Assembly: GCA_964016885.1 (NCBI GenBank)
Contig: OZ024741.1
Location: 238,142,001 to 238,206,000, forward strand
Direction of reading: 5' to 3'
Length of the DNA: 64,000 nt
Origin: Eledone cirrhosa
Lineage: Eukaryota
A program made the translations under genes and the position numbers. This document shows positions 11,291-21,989 of this stretch, one piece after another. The notes under the pieces are model-generated. The model was not told the origin of the DNA and made no database searches. It saw nothing but the letters and a program-made list of their open reading frames with translations. Numbering within the stretch: position 1 is the stretch's first letter; every line of letters starts with the position of its first letter.

Positions 11291-11585
11291 CTTCATTGTT
11301 TAATCCTTTACTGTAGTTGTGTATTATGGATGTTGTGTATCCTGCTGTAGTGTTCCAGTGTGACTGCTGCTACTGTGTTCAAGCATTACTGCTGCTGCTG
11401 TGGTGTTCCAGTGTAACAGCTGCTTCTGTAGAAGTGTAACTGCTGATGTGACAGTGGTTGTATGTAGTGGGAGGAGAGTTGTTAGCCAGATGGTGTTGGG
11501 GTGGTAGTTACAACATGATGTCTTCCACACACACAATAGTGTGTATGATGAACAAAGAAAAAAATCTATCAGCCTCACTTTGAGT
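11291..11585 (-). other. Leader exon L1 (of G1)
   Basis: Ends ACAATGAAG|GTAAGA; predicted to splice to the acceptor at 6404; 5' end approximate. Confidence 0.7.
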
Positions 11586-11637
11586 ATTGAAAGAAATATA
11601 TAAAATCTCTCTCATCCAATAGGAAATTACTGTAATG
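11568..11637 (-). promoter_or_regulatory. Promoter P1 (CCAAT 11616-11620)
   Basis: Same conserved CATCCAATAGGAAATTACTG motif and TATATA. Confidence 0.65.
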
Positions 11638-11996
11638 TTATCAGTGTTACACAAACACATGAAATAATAGAATTCACATGTAAAAGAAGCTACTTCATAG
11701 TATATATATAACAGCACAACATTAGAAGTTTACTAAGAATAATGAAATGATTTTCATTATTGATTTGGTATTAATTATTTAAAAATTCTTTACATTTTAT
11801 CTATTATTACTTATTTTGAATTTATGTAACAAACTCTTAATGTTTTACAAGAAATATGTTAGAATATAATAATTTTGAGTAAGTATATTTAAAATTTATC
11901 CCTCCTGATGTAAATATTGGATATATAAAAGAAAGTCATTAATAAAATATTTAGCCATTATTTATGTCAATGTAATTACTTCTAATTTATATTTAA

Positions 11997-12154
11997 CCCT
12001 TTAGCATTTACCTTACTTTATATTTACAATTGTATTTTCACAGTAAACACCTTACCTCACATAATATCGAATTTATGAGATTGATATTATCTGTTTTCAG
12101 AACAATACTTTAACATAAGTATGAGCAGCTGGTTACAGCCAGTTTGCTAAAGGG
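11997..12154. mobile_element. piggyBac-type MITE (158 bp)
   Basis: TIRs CCCTTTAGCA...TGCTAAAGGG flanked by TTAA on both sides; the paralogous site near 3025 has a single TTAA. Confidence 0.85.
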
Positions 12155-12478
12155 TTAAATAATTAGGTCTTTTTCATAACTAACTTTCTAAACATTGTAA
12201 TATATGAGAACTGAGTGGTATCAATAGAGTAAGGATATTAACCCTAAAATAGGAGGTAAATTAGAAGAATTAATAAAGAAATATATTTGACCTATGGTAA
12301 TATAACAGTACTTATATTATTTATGTATTAAAATGTAAAATTAGGGAATATAAATGTTGACATTGGTGATCCTATATGAGTGAAGCATAGAGGTGATATA
12401 TAGACATCAATATAAAGTATTCTATAACATTTGGTGCGTGAGAGAGAGAATCATTTAACAATAGTGATGGGACATCTA

Positions 12479-14915
12479 CTACGTTGGCTGTAGATAGGTA
12501 TCTTGTACTTGTTGTCCCTTTTGTATTGTGGCTGGAACTGGATTGTCATTGGTATATTCTGGAAAATATAAAATATAGAAACAGAAATTATATTTCAAAA
12601 TAACAACTCTGTAAATATATAAACATTGATGTTATATTACAATAGCTATAACATTATATATTGTCTAAAGAGAATTATATTTCTATGTTATGTTTAGATA
12701 AAAGTTACCTGGTTGTGCAGATATCTCTTCACATAAGTCTTGCCAATACTCTTGTGACCTTCTCTGGTTTTTTGTGATGTTAAGGTGTCACTGTTGTAGT
12801 TAGACATGCTGAGACTGGTGCGACCTTCATGACTATGGATTGAATCACATCTCTGTGGATTATGAAAGTCAGTAGAGTGAATCACAATATTCAACAGAAA
12901 AAGGTTTATATTTATTATATAAAATATTTCACATACAACAAAAGAAAGGATTTTTAAAATGAATATCATTTATTAAATGCTACAAGTGGAGAGATGCTGA
13001 TGAGAACGATGATGATGATCAGATTAACAACAGAAATATTTAAAAATAATATTTACCTGTGGAACTGGTGGAAGTCTCTTTTGTGTTGTTGAGAATTTCC
13101 ACTCATCTGGTAGCTGTTCCATCTCTGGATAAAACTGACTTTTAGATTGTAGTGTCTGAAGATTTCTGTTAAATATATCTTCTGCATTTCTCGTTATTGC
13201 AACAGGATTGTTGGTGTGATACAATAATTGTCTCATCTCAGTCGGAGACAGAAAGTTTGGATTATCTGCTGTTGTAGGTGAGTTATTGGTGTGATTAACA
13301 CTTCTGTAAACACACAGTGTTATTGACACTACAATAGCCACAGATATTATTACAGCTGCTGCTACAATGATAATTACCCAAGTCATATTGAGATTGGTAC
13401 CAGTCTGTAAGTGGACTGCAGTCAACATTGGAGATGTATCATTACTAACAAACAGTGTTAGTATGATCACAGTTGTTGCTGATTGAACTGGAGTACCACC
13501 ATCCTTCACTATAAACTGTAGGTCATATGTTCCTGCATCATTTTGGTAAACTGTCCAAGAGAAAGATAAGACACCAGTATGGGAGTTGACTGTAAACAGG
13601 TTTTTATCATTAGATCTCAGTATTCCGTATGTGAGGAAAGCATTGTTTCCAGTGTCTTTGTCAGAGGCTTTCAGAATTGTGATGTCTTTCTTATTGTGTG
13701 GATGGTAGTGGACATCTAGATTGTAAGGGTCATTAATAGGAAAGGTAAAATAGGGAGCATTATCATTTTTATCTAGAATCTCAATAAACTATAAAACTAT
13801 CTAGTTCACTGTCTTCTGAAACTGCTGTGGAACTTTCTGTTAAAGGAGATACAAAATCTATATTTATCACTGGAGCATTATTCTGGTTATCAATTGCATT
13901 AATTTGAACTGTGGTTACTGAACTGAGGGGTGGTTTTCCTTCATCGCTGTCTTCAATAAATAATTTATAGGACTGCATCTTACTAAAGTGAAAATTATCA
14001 TGTAAAAATATCTCTCAAGTTTTCTTATCTAATACAAAATATTTCTGGGCATTTCGAGATGTTTTATGGTTGAAATGGTAAGAAATCTTCCCATTGTGTC
14101 CAGAATCTTTTAAAGCAAGAATTGGTAAATGTCTTTGATGTGAATTATTTATAGACATGTTGTAGACTTTCTGTGAAAATACAGGTGTGTTATCATTGAA
14201 ATCTGTCACAGTTATGTATACCTTGAGGGTAGCTGTTTGGGGAGGGTTCCCTCCATCTTTTGCTTCAAGTGTCAACATATATGAGTCTCTTTCTTCCCTG
14301 TCTAATTTGTCTTGTAAAGTTAATTCAGGTATGAAGACTCCATCATGTCACCTTGTGACAGAAAGGGAAAACGGTTCTTTCTTACTTTTCTTAATCATGT
14401 ATGTAATTTGAGAATTCTTTATTGAAATGTCTTGATCAATGGCATTTGAAAGAAAGATTTTATCTTCTTCTTTTCCATCCTGTTCAGCAAATTCAATTTC
14501 AACTTTATTCTTGGGAAATTCTGGTGAATGGTCATTAATGTCTTCTATTAATATTTTTATCTTAAGAATTTTCATACAGGCTTTTCCTGTCCTCACTGCT
14601 ACTTTAACAATTCTGGAACATTCCTTGTTATATGTACACAGTGACTCAGCATCCAGTGTCCGTGTAGTGTATAGTTTTCTAGTGTTGGTGACATTGAATA
14701 AATGAGAACCACTTGACACTGTCCTTTGTAGTTGTGTAAATGTAATGAGAGTGTGTTGTTGATGTGTAAGAGAGTGTGTTAAGTTAGAATCAACAGCAAT
14801 GTCTCCTATATAGGTGAGGACTGCCTTCTTCGTTGACATGGTATGTAATGTCAGTAGACAGTACAAGAGTCATCAGTAAATGTAGTAGACAAAGTAGACC
14901 AATATATGCTGTCAT
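12479..14915 (-). pseudogene. Protocadherin G2 pseudogene (exons 14953-13057, 12852-12709, 12558-12479)
   Basis: 2-nt deletion near 14815, nonsense codons at 14348 and 14015, 12-nt deletion near 14108, ~530-bp deletion at ~13787 removing most of EC4 and EC5, 4-nt deletion in the 148-nt exon (now 144 nt). Confidence 0.92.
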
Positions 14916-15109
14916 GTCTGGAATTCTTCCTCACACTTTAGCAGTTGAAATTTCTACAAAAGACAACAGAAATATTTTAATTCTAAGCCAAATAACCTGT
15001 AGTAGTAGTAGTACTAATAAATTGGCACATGCAGGAATAGTACAAACAATAAACACAGCCCCTTGAACAACTGTGGGAAGACAGTTGCTAGAGCCTGAAA
15101 TGACATGCG

Positions 15110-15930
15110 GCTAGCTGACTAAGGGTAAAATCCTCCTCATCCCTAAGACACATCAAACTCCCAAAACTAATGAACTATAAAATGCCTTCTTACAACTTAC
15201 AAGACCTCAACTGCAATAATATCGCAAAAACTGACCAAGTACTTACTAAAAAAATTCTGTTTGCAGAAGAGCAGAAAGGATAGTACAAAGATACATATGG
15301 ATGTAATGACCAATTACTAATAAACAAAGTCATAACAGAAAACTAAAAAAAAAAAGAAATCTCAGCATGCTATGAACTGATTGCCAGAAGGTGTTTGACA
15401 GTGTCTCCCATACGTGAACATTTAACATTAGCAGTAAACAAAGTAGGACCACGTAGTAGGATTTATAAAAACTTAGTCCATCCGAACTCCAATAGAAGAA
15501 TATTTCAACGGGACTCCCTTTCACCACCCTTCTTCTGCCTAGCATAGATACCCTTATCCGAGACACTAAACAGAACTTGGTTATATAATAAATAAGTGTC
15601 TATCCTCACAGAAAACAATATATCTATCAAGGAAATGGAGGAATTATCCCAATATATGTATTTTGAGATAGAAATAATCCGAATGTGGTTGATGGAAACA
15701 GAAACAATCCGTTATGAGAATGATAAAAAAAAAACACTCAGGCAGAAACTTAACCAAAACTCCATGAATTAGAAATATATACAGCATACAGAAAATAGCA
15801 TTACTAGGCACTGCATACATATTGCGAAGAGTACTCTCAATACAACAGAAATAACAACACAAAAGAAAAACACTGCACATACCCAAGGCTCACAGAGCTG
15901 TACCCAGAAACATAGTGATAATATGTAACA
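15110..15930 (+). mobile_element. R4/Dong-like non-LTR retrotransposon relic
   Basis: Broken frames give EEQKG...YGCNDQLLINKV...NLSML*TDCQKVFDSVSHT (RT) and IQKIALLGTAYILRRVLS (C-terminus), which I recognise as R4/Dong-clade motifs. Confidence 0.7.
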
Positions 15931-16254
15931 AAACAAGACAAATAATAATAATGATAATCATTGTGTAAATGTTATTTCTTTCTAAATTCTTGTGAACATC
16001 AGAAAATATTTTCTCTCTTTTAATTTGATAATAGTTACAGTAGTGTTTCCCTTGTTTTGGCATGATAACAAGAGGACAACATGTGCAGCCATAAAACATA
16101 CTGGACATTCCCTAATAGCTCAATGCTATACTGCTAGAAGTTAACAAAATTACATTGATCCCCAGTTGACATTTAATGAAGAAAATGCTCTACTGTTCAA
16201 GCTGTATGTAAAATCCTATATTACAATATACACAGAAGTAAGCACTAAAAGCAC

Positions 16255-16705
16255 AAGGGAAATAGACTAACTTGATTATTCAGGTGGCTCCCTCAAAGTT
16301 GTTGACAATTTTTGTTATCTAGGTGATACCTAGGATGTTATGAAAGTGTGGAAGACAGAATAAGAACAGGAAGGAATAAATTTAGGAAACTAGTACCTCT
16401 GTAGATAACAAAGGACTGCTCTCACAGAGAAGGTAGACTGTATAATGCTTACATGTGAACCACAATGCTACATGACTGGGTGGGATATATGACTTGACTA
16501 CAGAAGACCTATAAAGGTTAGAAAGAAATGATGTGAGCATGCTCTGGTGGATGTTATGGTGTTAGTGTGCATAAACGGCATAGCATAAGCGAGCAAAATT
16601 CAGTATAAGAAGGGTCTGTTGTAGTGTGCAAGAGAGAAGACGAAGATGATGTGAATATGTGATACAATTGGAAGATGACAGGTGTAAAAAGAAATGCAGA
16701 GAAAT
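16255..16705 (+). mobile_element. RTE-clade LINE ORF relic
   Basis: LKVVDNFCYLGD..., RIRTG.NKFRKLVPL..., LERNDVSMLWWM fragments; paralogous relics at ~24830, ~33440 and ~42380. Confidence 0.7.
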
Positions 16706-16899
16706 TCCCCACACTACCCAAGGTTACTCCCATTCCTCTCTACCACACATGTCTTACACCAATGACATACTTTCTTCATCCATTTTCTTCCTCACATCCA
16801 CAACTTGAACCTGTCACTAGTCCCAGCTCTTGACACTTACCCATGGTATACTACCTCTCATGCTTACCATCCCCGTTCAATTCCCCTACCTCATATAGT

Positions 16900-17408
16900 A
16901 GGGAAGGCCCATCAATTTATCAGTTTATGACCAACAACCTTCCGAGTATTGGTGCCACAATAAAACACACCCTACACACCCTATAAGGTGGTTGGTGATA
17001 GGAAGGGTACCCAACTGGAGAAACCATGTAAAAAAAAGGTAGAAAGGATCCTTCAGTTGTATCATGGGCATGACAACCTCTCTAGTGTTGGTGATCTACA
17101 TGATAATTGCCTTCAGTACACTCTCTAAAGTGGTTGGGAGGACTTTTCAGCTGTTAATGACATGATAAGCTCCATGCTACTATAAAATGCATATGGTAGA
17201 GTGTGTAAATGAGATGTGTAAATGAGATACAGGCCTTTGGGCAGTCTGAGCACCTGCTAGAGTGAAGAAACGCACATGAGATCAAGGTCCTTGGCATTAC
17301 CTAGAGGTCAGTAGCTCTGCTTGAGTACTGGCTTGCTCAGTGATGACCCATCTAACCCTTGCTAGCAGGGAAATGGATGTTCAATGGTAAAGATAATGAT
17401 GATGATGA
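16900..17408 (+). repeat. Degenerate tandem ~120-bp units ending in a (GAT)n tail (RTE-associated 3' region)
   Basis: Repeated GTGGTTGGTGATAGGAAGGG / GACAACCTCTCTAGTGTTGGTG; ends GCTAGCAGGGAAATGGATGTT...GATGATGATG. Confidence 0.55.
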
Positions 17409-18175
17409 CAGAGGTTGGAAAATAAAACAAATAAAAGATGTTTGATAGTAAAGATGTCTAATATTAGGTAGTAGAGATATTTGACTGATGAGAAGACATT
17501 ATTAGTATTAATGATAATTAGAGAATAAAACAATTCTATGGTATCTTAGGGGACTGTAAACCTATATAATATTGTATTCTAGAGAAATTTAATTGAAGGA
17601 GTTTGGGTTTACAAAACTGAAGATTCAAGTTATGACAAGCTGGATATAAGGATATATTTTCTAGAGACAAAAAATGTTGGCAATAAAATATTTCAGTGAA
17701 TGTTGATGAAAAATAATATCTATCTGTATATTCAATAAATATTTAGATATTTCAATGAAATTAATTGTAATAAAAATAATTGAAAGCATATTTACATATG
17801 ATATGTAAAGTTGTATATTTTATGGTTACATATAAAATATTTCAGTTGATGAAAAATAAAATCTACAATATACTTCCTGAAATATTTCAATATTTTAATC
17901 AAATTAATTGTAATAAAAATAATTTAAACCACAGAATATGTAAGGTAGTTATAAAATATATTGCTACATAAAAATATTTCTGGTATGATTTGTTACTGAT
18001 ACATTTTAATAAGATATGACAATATCATCAGTTTATATCTCACAATACATATAGTAAGATTTAAATATTCAATTATTATGGCAGCACAGATATAAACTAT
18101 AAAGGCATATATTATTCACAAACAGTCCTATTGTCTATCAATCAATATATTCTGATAGTTAAATAAATATATACG

Positions 18176-18495
18176 CATGGAGGCACATGGCTTAGTGGTT
18201 AGAGCATTGGCCTTGCAATCGACTGGGTGATGTGTTGTTTCCTTGAGCAAGACACTTTATTTCACATTACTCCAGTTTACTCAGCTGTAGAAATGAGATG
18301 ATAGGGACTGGGGTCCATATCATTCCACTGCAAAGTGGTCGTGGAGGTGCCACGGCAAAAAAGCACCCAGCACTCACTGTAAATGAGGTTGGTGTTAGGA
18401 AGGGCATCCAGCTGTAGAAATCAAGCCAGAATCAGTTCCCGTCCCACCCTTGCAAGCAGGGAAAAAGCGGACATAAAATGGAATGATGATGATGA
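18176..18495 (+). mobile_element. SINE with tRNA head, core and RTE-like (GAT)n tail
   Basis: GGAGGCACATGGCTTAGTGG head, CCTTGAGCAAGACACTT core, GGTTGGTGTTAGGAAGGGCATCCAGCTGTAGAAA...GATGATGATG tail. Confidence 0.8.
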
Positions 18496-18517
18496 CATAA
18501 TTTCAAATATGTTACAC

Positions 18518-18980
18518 CACCATCATCATCATCATCGTTTAACGTCCATCTTCCACGCTTGCATGGGTTTGGACGGGAGTTTTCCCACTTGAGGCAGGGT
18601 TTGTTGTCCTGCTCGTATAGGACAGTCTGGTGGGTTTTCTACGGCTGGATGCCCTTCCTAACACCAACCACGTTTACAGTGTGGACTGGGAGGTTTTTAC
18701 CGTGTTACCTACACGGCCACATTACAGTGTGGACTGTGTGTTTTTTTGTCGTGACACCTACACGACCTCATTTGTTTCGGACTGGATGTTGTGGTACCAA
18801 CATAACTTCACATTTAAGGGGGTGGTGTGGATGGGGTGGGGGTAGTGGGACAGGGGTGTATTTTGTTAGAGGTGCCTACTGACTGTAGGTTTCGCTTTGT
18901 ACTTAGGCAAGGCGGGTCTTCTGTATGACTGTGTAGCGCCAAAGATCTCGGTCCAGTGACATTGTCTTGGAGAGGTGTAA
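18518..18980 (-). mobile_element. RTE-like retroelement 3' end with (GAT)n tail
   Basis: Reverse complement of 29426-29917; (CAT)n at 18520-18536. Confidence 0.8.
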
Positions 18981-19350
18981 ATATTGTTTATAAAATATAT
19001 AGAAGCAATATATATAGAGATTAATATCTTTTGTATAATCTGACATGTTAATCTATCTAGAAGTAATTGTACTACTACTACTACTACAACTGGTGCTGGT
19101 GTTGTTAATGGTGGAAGGCATGGCAAGATCTCTCAATCATCCATGGTCCTAGTCCTTTTATATATATATATATACACAATGGCAGACATATTCAGCTGTT
19201 ATATTAGCTGTTGTTTTTAATGGTGGAAGGGATGGCTAGATCTATCTTTCCTCCAGCTCCAGAAGAGAAAAGCAAAATTAAATGATGATGATTCACATAT
19301 ATATATATATATATAAATAAATAAAGAGATAGAGAGTGAAAGAGATTTAC

Positions 19351-19612
19351 CTTAATTTCCTTAATCCTTCACTGTAGTTGTGTGTGATGGATGATGTGTA
19401 TCCTGTTGTAGTGTTCCAGTGTAACTGCTGTAACTGTGTCCTAGAATTATTGCTGCTGATGTGGTGTAACTGCTGCTGTGGCAGTAGCTATATATAATGG
19501 GAGGGGGAATGTTAGCCAGATGGTTTTGGGGTGGTAGTTACAACACTATGTCTTATTCACGCAATAGTGTGTATCAGTAACAAAGAATAAAACCTATCAG
19601 CCTCTCTTTCAA
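19351..19612 (-). other. Leader exon L2 (of pseudogene G2)
   Basis: Ends GAAATTAAG|GTAAAT; donor kept but the ATG found in other leaders is ATT. Confidence 0.65.
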
Positions 19613-19665
19613 TATTGAAAGAAATATATAAAATATCTTCCATCCAATAGGAAATTACTGCAATG
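19595..19665 (-). promoter_or_regulatory. Promoter P2 (CCAAT 19644-19648)
   Basis: CATCCAATAGGAAATTACTG conserved. Confidence 0.6.
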
Positions 19666-20516
19666 TTGTTTGTGTTACACAACATATGAAATAAAAGAAT
19701 CCAAGTGAAAGTGAGGCAGCTTGATAATTTACATATAATTGCTACATTACAAATCGTGTGTTAAAAATTATTAGTTTGCTATTAATTATTTTAACATCAT
19801 AAAACTAATTTTATCACAATTCCTTATATTTTATATATTATTATCTATTTTGAATTTAAGTAAGAAACCCTTAGTGTTGAACAAGAAATATGTTAGGATG
19901 TAGTAATTTTGAAGTTATATATTTAAAATCAATCCCTCTTCATGTAAATACTGGATATATAAAAGGTCATTCATATAACGTTTAGTCATGTCAATGTAAA
20001 GGTAGGAAATAGAATTATTTCTAATTTATAGTTTAATATGAAGCTCTCTCACATATCTAACTTTTTAAACATAATAGTTAAATATTAAGCACTTTCTCTC
20101 TCATATCTAACTTCTCAAATATTATAATATACTGTAATGAAGTCTTACTTTTGTTTGAATAATTTTAACATTATCTTATATTTTAGGAAAATAATATTCT
20201 GAAATAACCAACAACCTCACACAAACTAATAATTTTTAACATACTAGAACTGAGAATAATAAATAAAGTAAGGATATTAACCCTAAAATAGGAGGTAAAT
20301 TGGAAGAATTAATAAAGAAACATATTTTGACCTATGGTAATATAACAGTATTTATATTAATTATGTATTAAAATGTAAAATTAAGGAATATTAAGGATAA
20401 CATTAGTGATCCTTTATGGGAGAAGCATAGAGTTGATATATAGATATCAATATAAAGTATTCTATAACATTTGGTGTGTGAGAGAGAATCATTTAACAAT
20501 AGTGATGGGACATCTA

Positions 20517-20596
20517 CTATGTTGGCTGTAGATAGGTATCTTGTACTTGTTGTCCCTTTTGTATTGTGGTTGGAACTGGATTGTCATTGGTATATT
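20517..20596 (-). CDS. Protocadherin G3 last coding exon
   Basis: TTTTCTAG acceptor; YTNDNPVPTTIQKGQQVQDTYLQPT*. Confidence 0.85.
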
Positions 20597-20661
20597 CTAG
20601 AAAATATAAAATATAGAAACAGAAATGATATTTCAATATAACAACTATGCAAAGATATAAA

Positions 20662-21030
20662 CATTGTTTAAAGTCTATTTTTCCACGCTGGCATGGGTTA
20701 GACGAGGTGACTATGTCATGCACATACAGAACCGACTTTGGCTTGATTTCTACAGCTAGATGCCCTTCCTAGTGCCAACCTCATTTATAGTGAGTACTGG
20801 GTGCTTTTTATCGAGACGCCTACACAACCACTTTACAGTGTGGACTGGGTGCTGTTTGCCATGACACCTACATGACCACTATACAGTATGGGCTGGGAGA
20901 TTTTTGTCGTGATACCTGCATGACGACTTTACAGTGTGGGCAGGGTGCTTTTTGCAGTGTCACCCTCATGCTCACTTTTCAGTGGGCTGGAGGCTTCACT
21001 GTATGTATGTATGGGTGGGGTGGGGTGGTG
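20662..21030 (-). mobile_element. RTE-like 3' tail element with an internal ~48-bp tandem repeat, inserted in the last intron of G3
   Basis: TTTCTACAGCTAGATGCCCTTCCTAGTGCCAACC followed by 4-5 copies of CACTTTACAGTGTGGACTGGGTGCT...CACCTACATGAC. Confidence 0.7.
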
Positions 21031-21101
21031 CATATTATACATATACTTCATCTTCAGCCTGTAATAAAAGTAATAACATGTTATGTTTATATAAAAGTTA
21101 C

Positions 21102-21249
21102 CAGTTTGTGAAGATATCTCTTCATTTGGTTTAGTCTTGCCAATACTCTTGTAACCTTCTCTGCTTTTTTGTGATGTTAAGGTGTCACTGTTGTAGTTAG
21201 ACATGCTGAGACTGGTGCGACCTTCATGACTATGGATTGAATCACATCT
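21102..21249 (-). CDS. Protocadherin G3 148-nt exon
   Basis: CCATAG acceptor, CTG|GTAACT donor; PNEEI instead of PYEEI. Confidence 0.82.
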
Positions 21250-21989
21250 CTATGGATTATAAAAAAAAGCAGAGTGAATCATGATGTTAACTTGAATGAA
21301 TATTTATGATTATTATCTAAAATATTCCAGGTATAATACAAGAAAGAATTCCATTCATAAAGAATTATTAAAGGATGCTAGAATCACACCAATAGAAATA
21401 TTACACTTAAACAATTGTGGAGATAAAATTATGTAAACATTATATTCTTTCAATAAAGAAAAGATTTTGTTAAGAATGTCCCCATAAAAAGAGGCTGGTG
21501 ATACACCATAATACAAAAGACCTATTCAACAGTATAAACACTGTGACATTAGAGAAAATGTGGTGCAAGATTAGAGGCAACAGTGTTTGCATATCAAATA
21601 AAGACACTAAAGGGTTTGAGAGTATTTTTCAGCCTAACCAAGCATATGATAACCCCTCAAGTACTGGTGCCATGATAAAATGCATCCAATACCTAGCATA
21701 CAAATGATGCCAAATATGAAAGTTACAAACCGAGAGGTGATTGCTTCAACTTGTTTTGGACTATGATAACTCATCAAATCTCAGCCCAACAGGAAAGAGA
21801 ATAGGTTAAATTAAATATTTATATAAAAATATTCTGAAGATAAAATTAAAGATAAGATTTTTGTGAAATTCCTAAAATATAAAAAATATAATACAAAATA
21901 AAAAATATGATGAGAAGTTTTAAAATATCTATTAAAAATATAATAAAACTGTATTATTCAATACTAGAATTATTTCAAATAATATTTAC

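Noticed and set aside
20780-21000. ~48-bp tandem repeats superficially like a CRISPR array
   Set aside because: No unique spacers, eukaryotic context, and they lie inside a retroelement 3' region.
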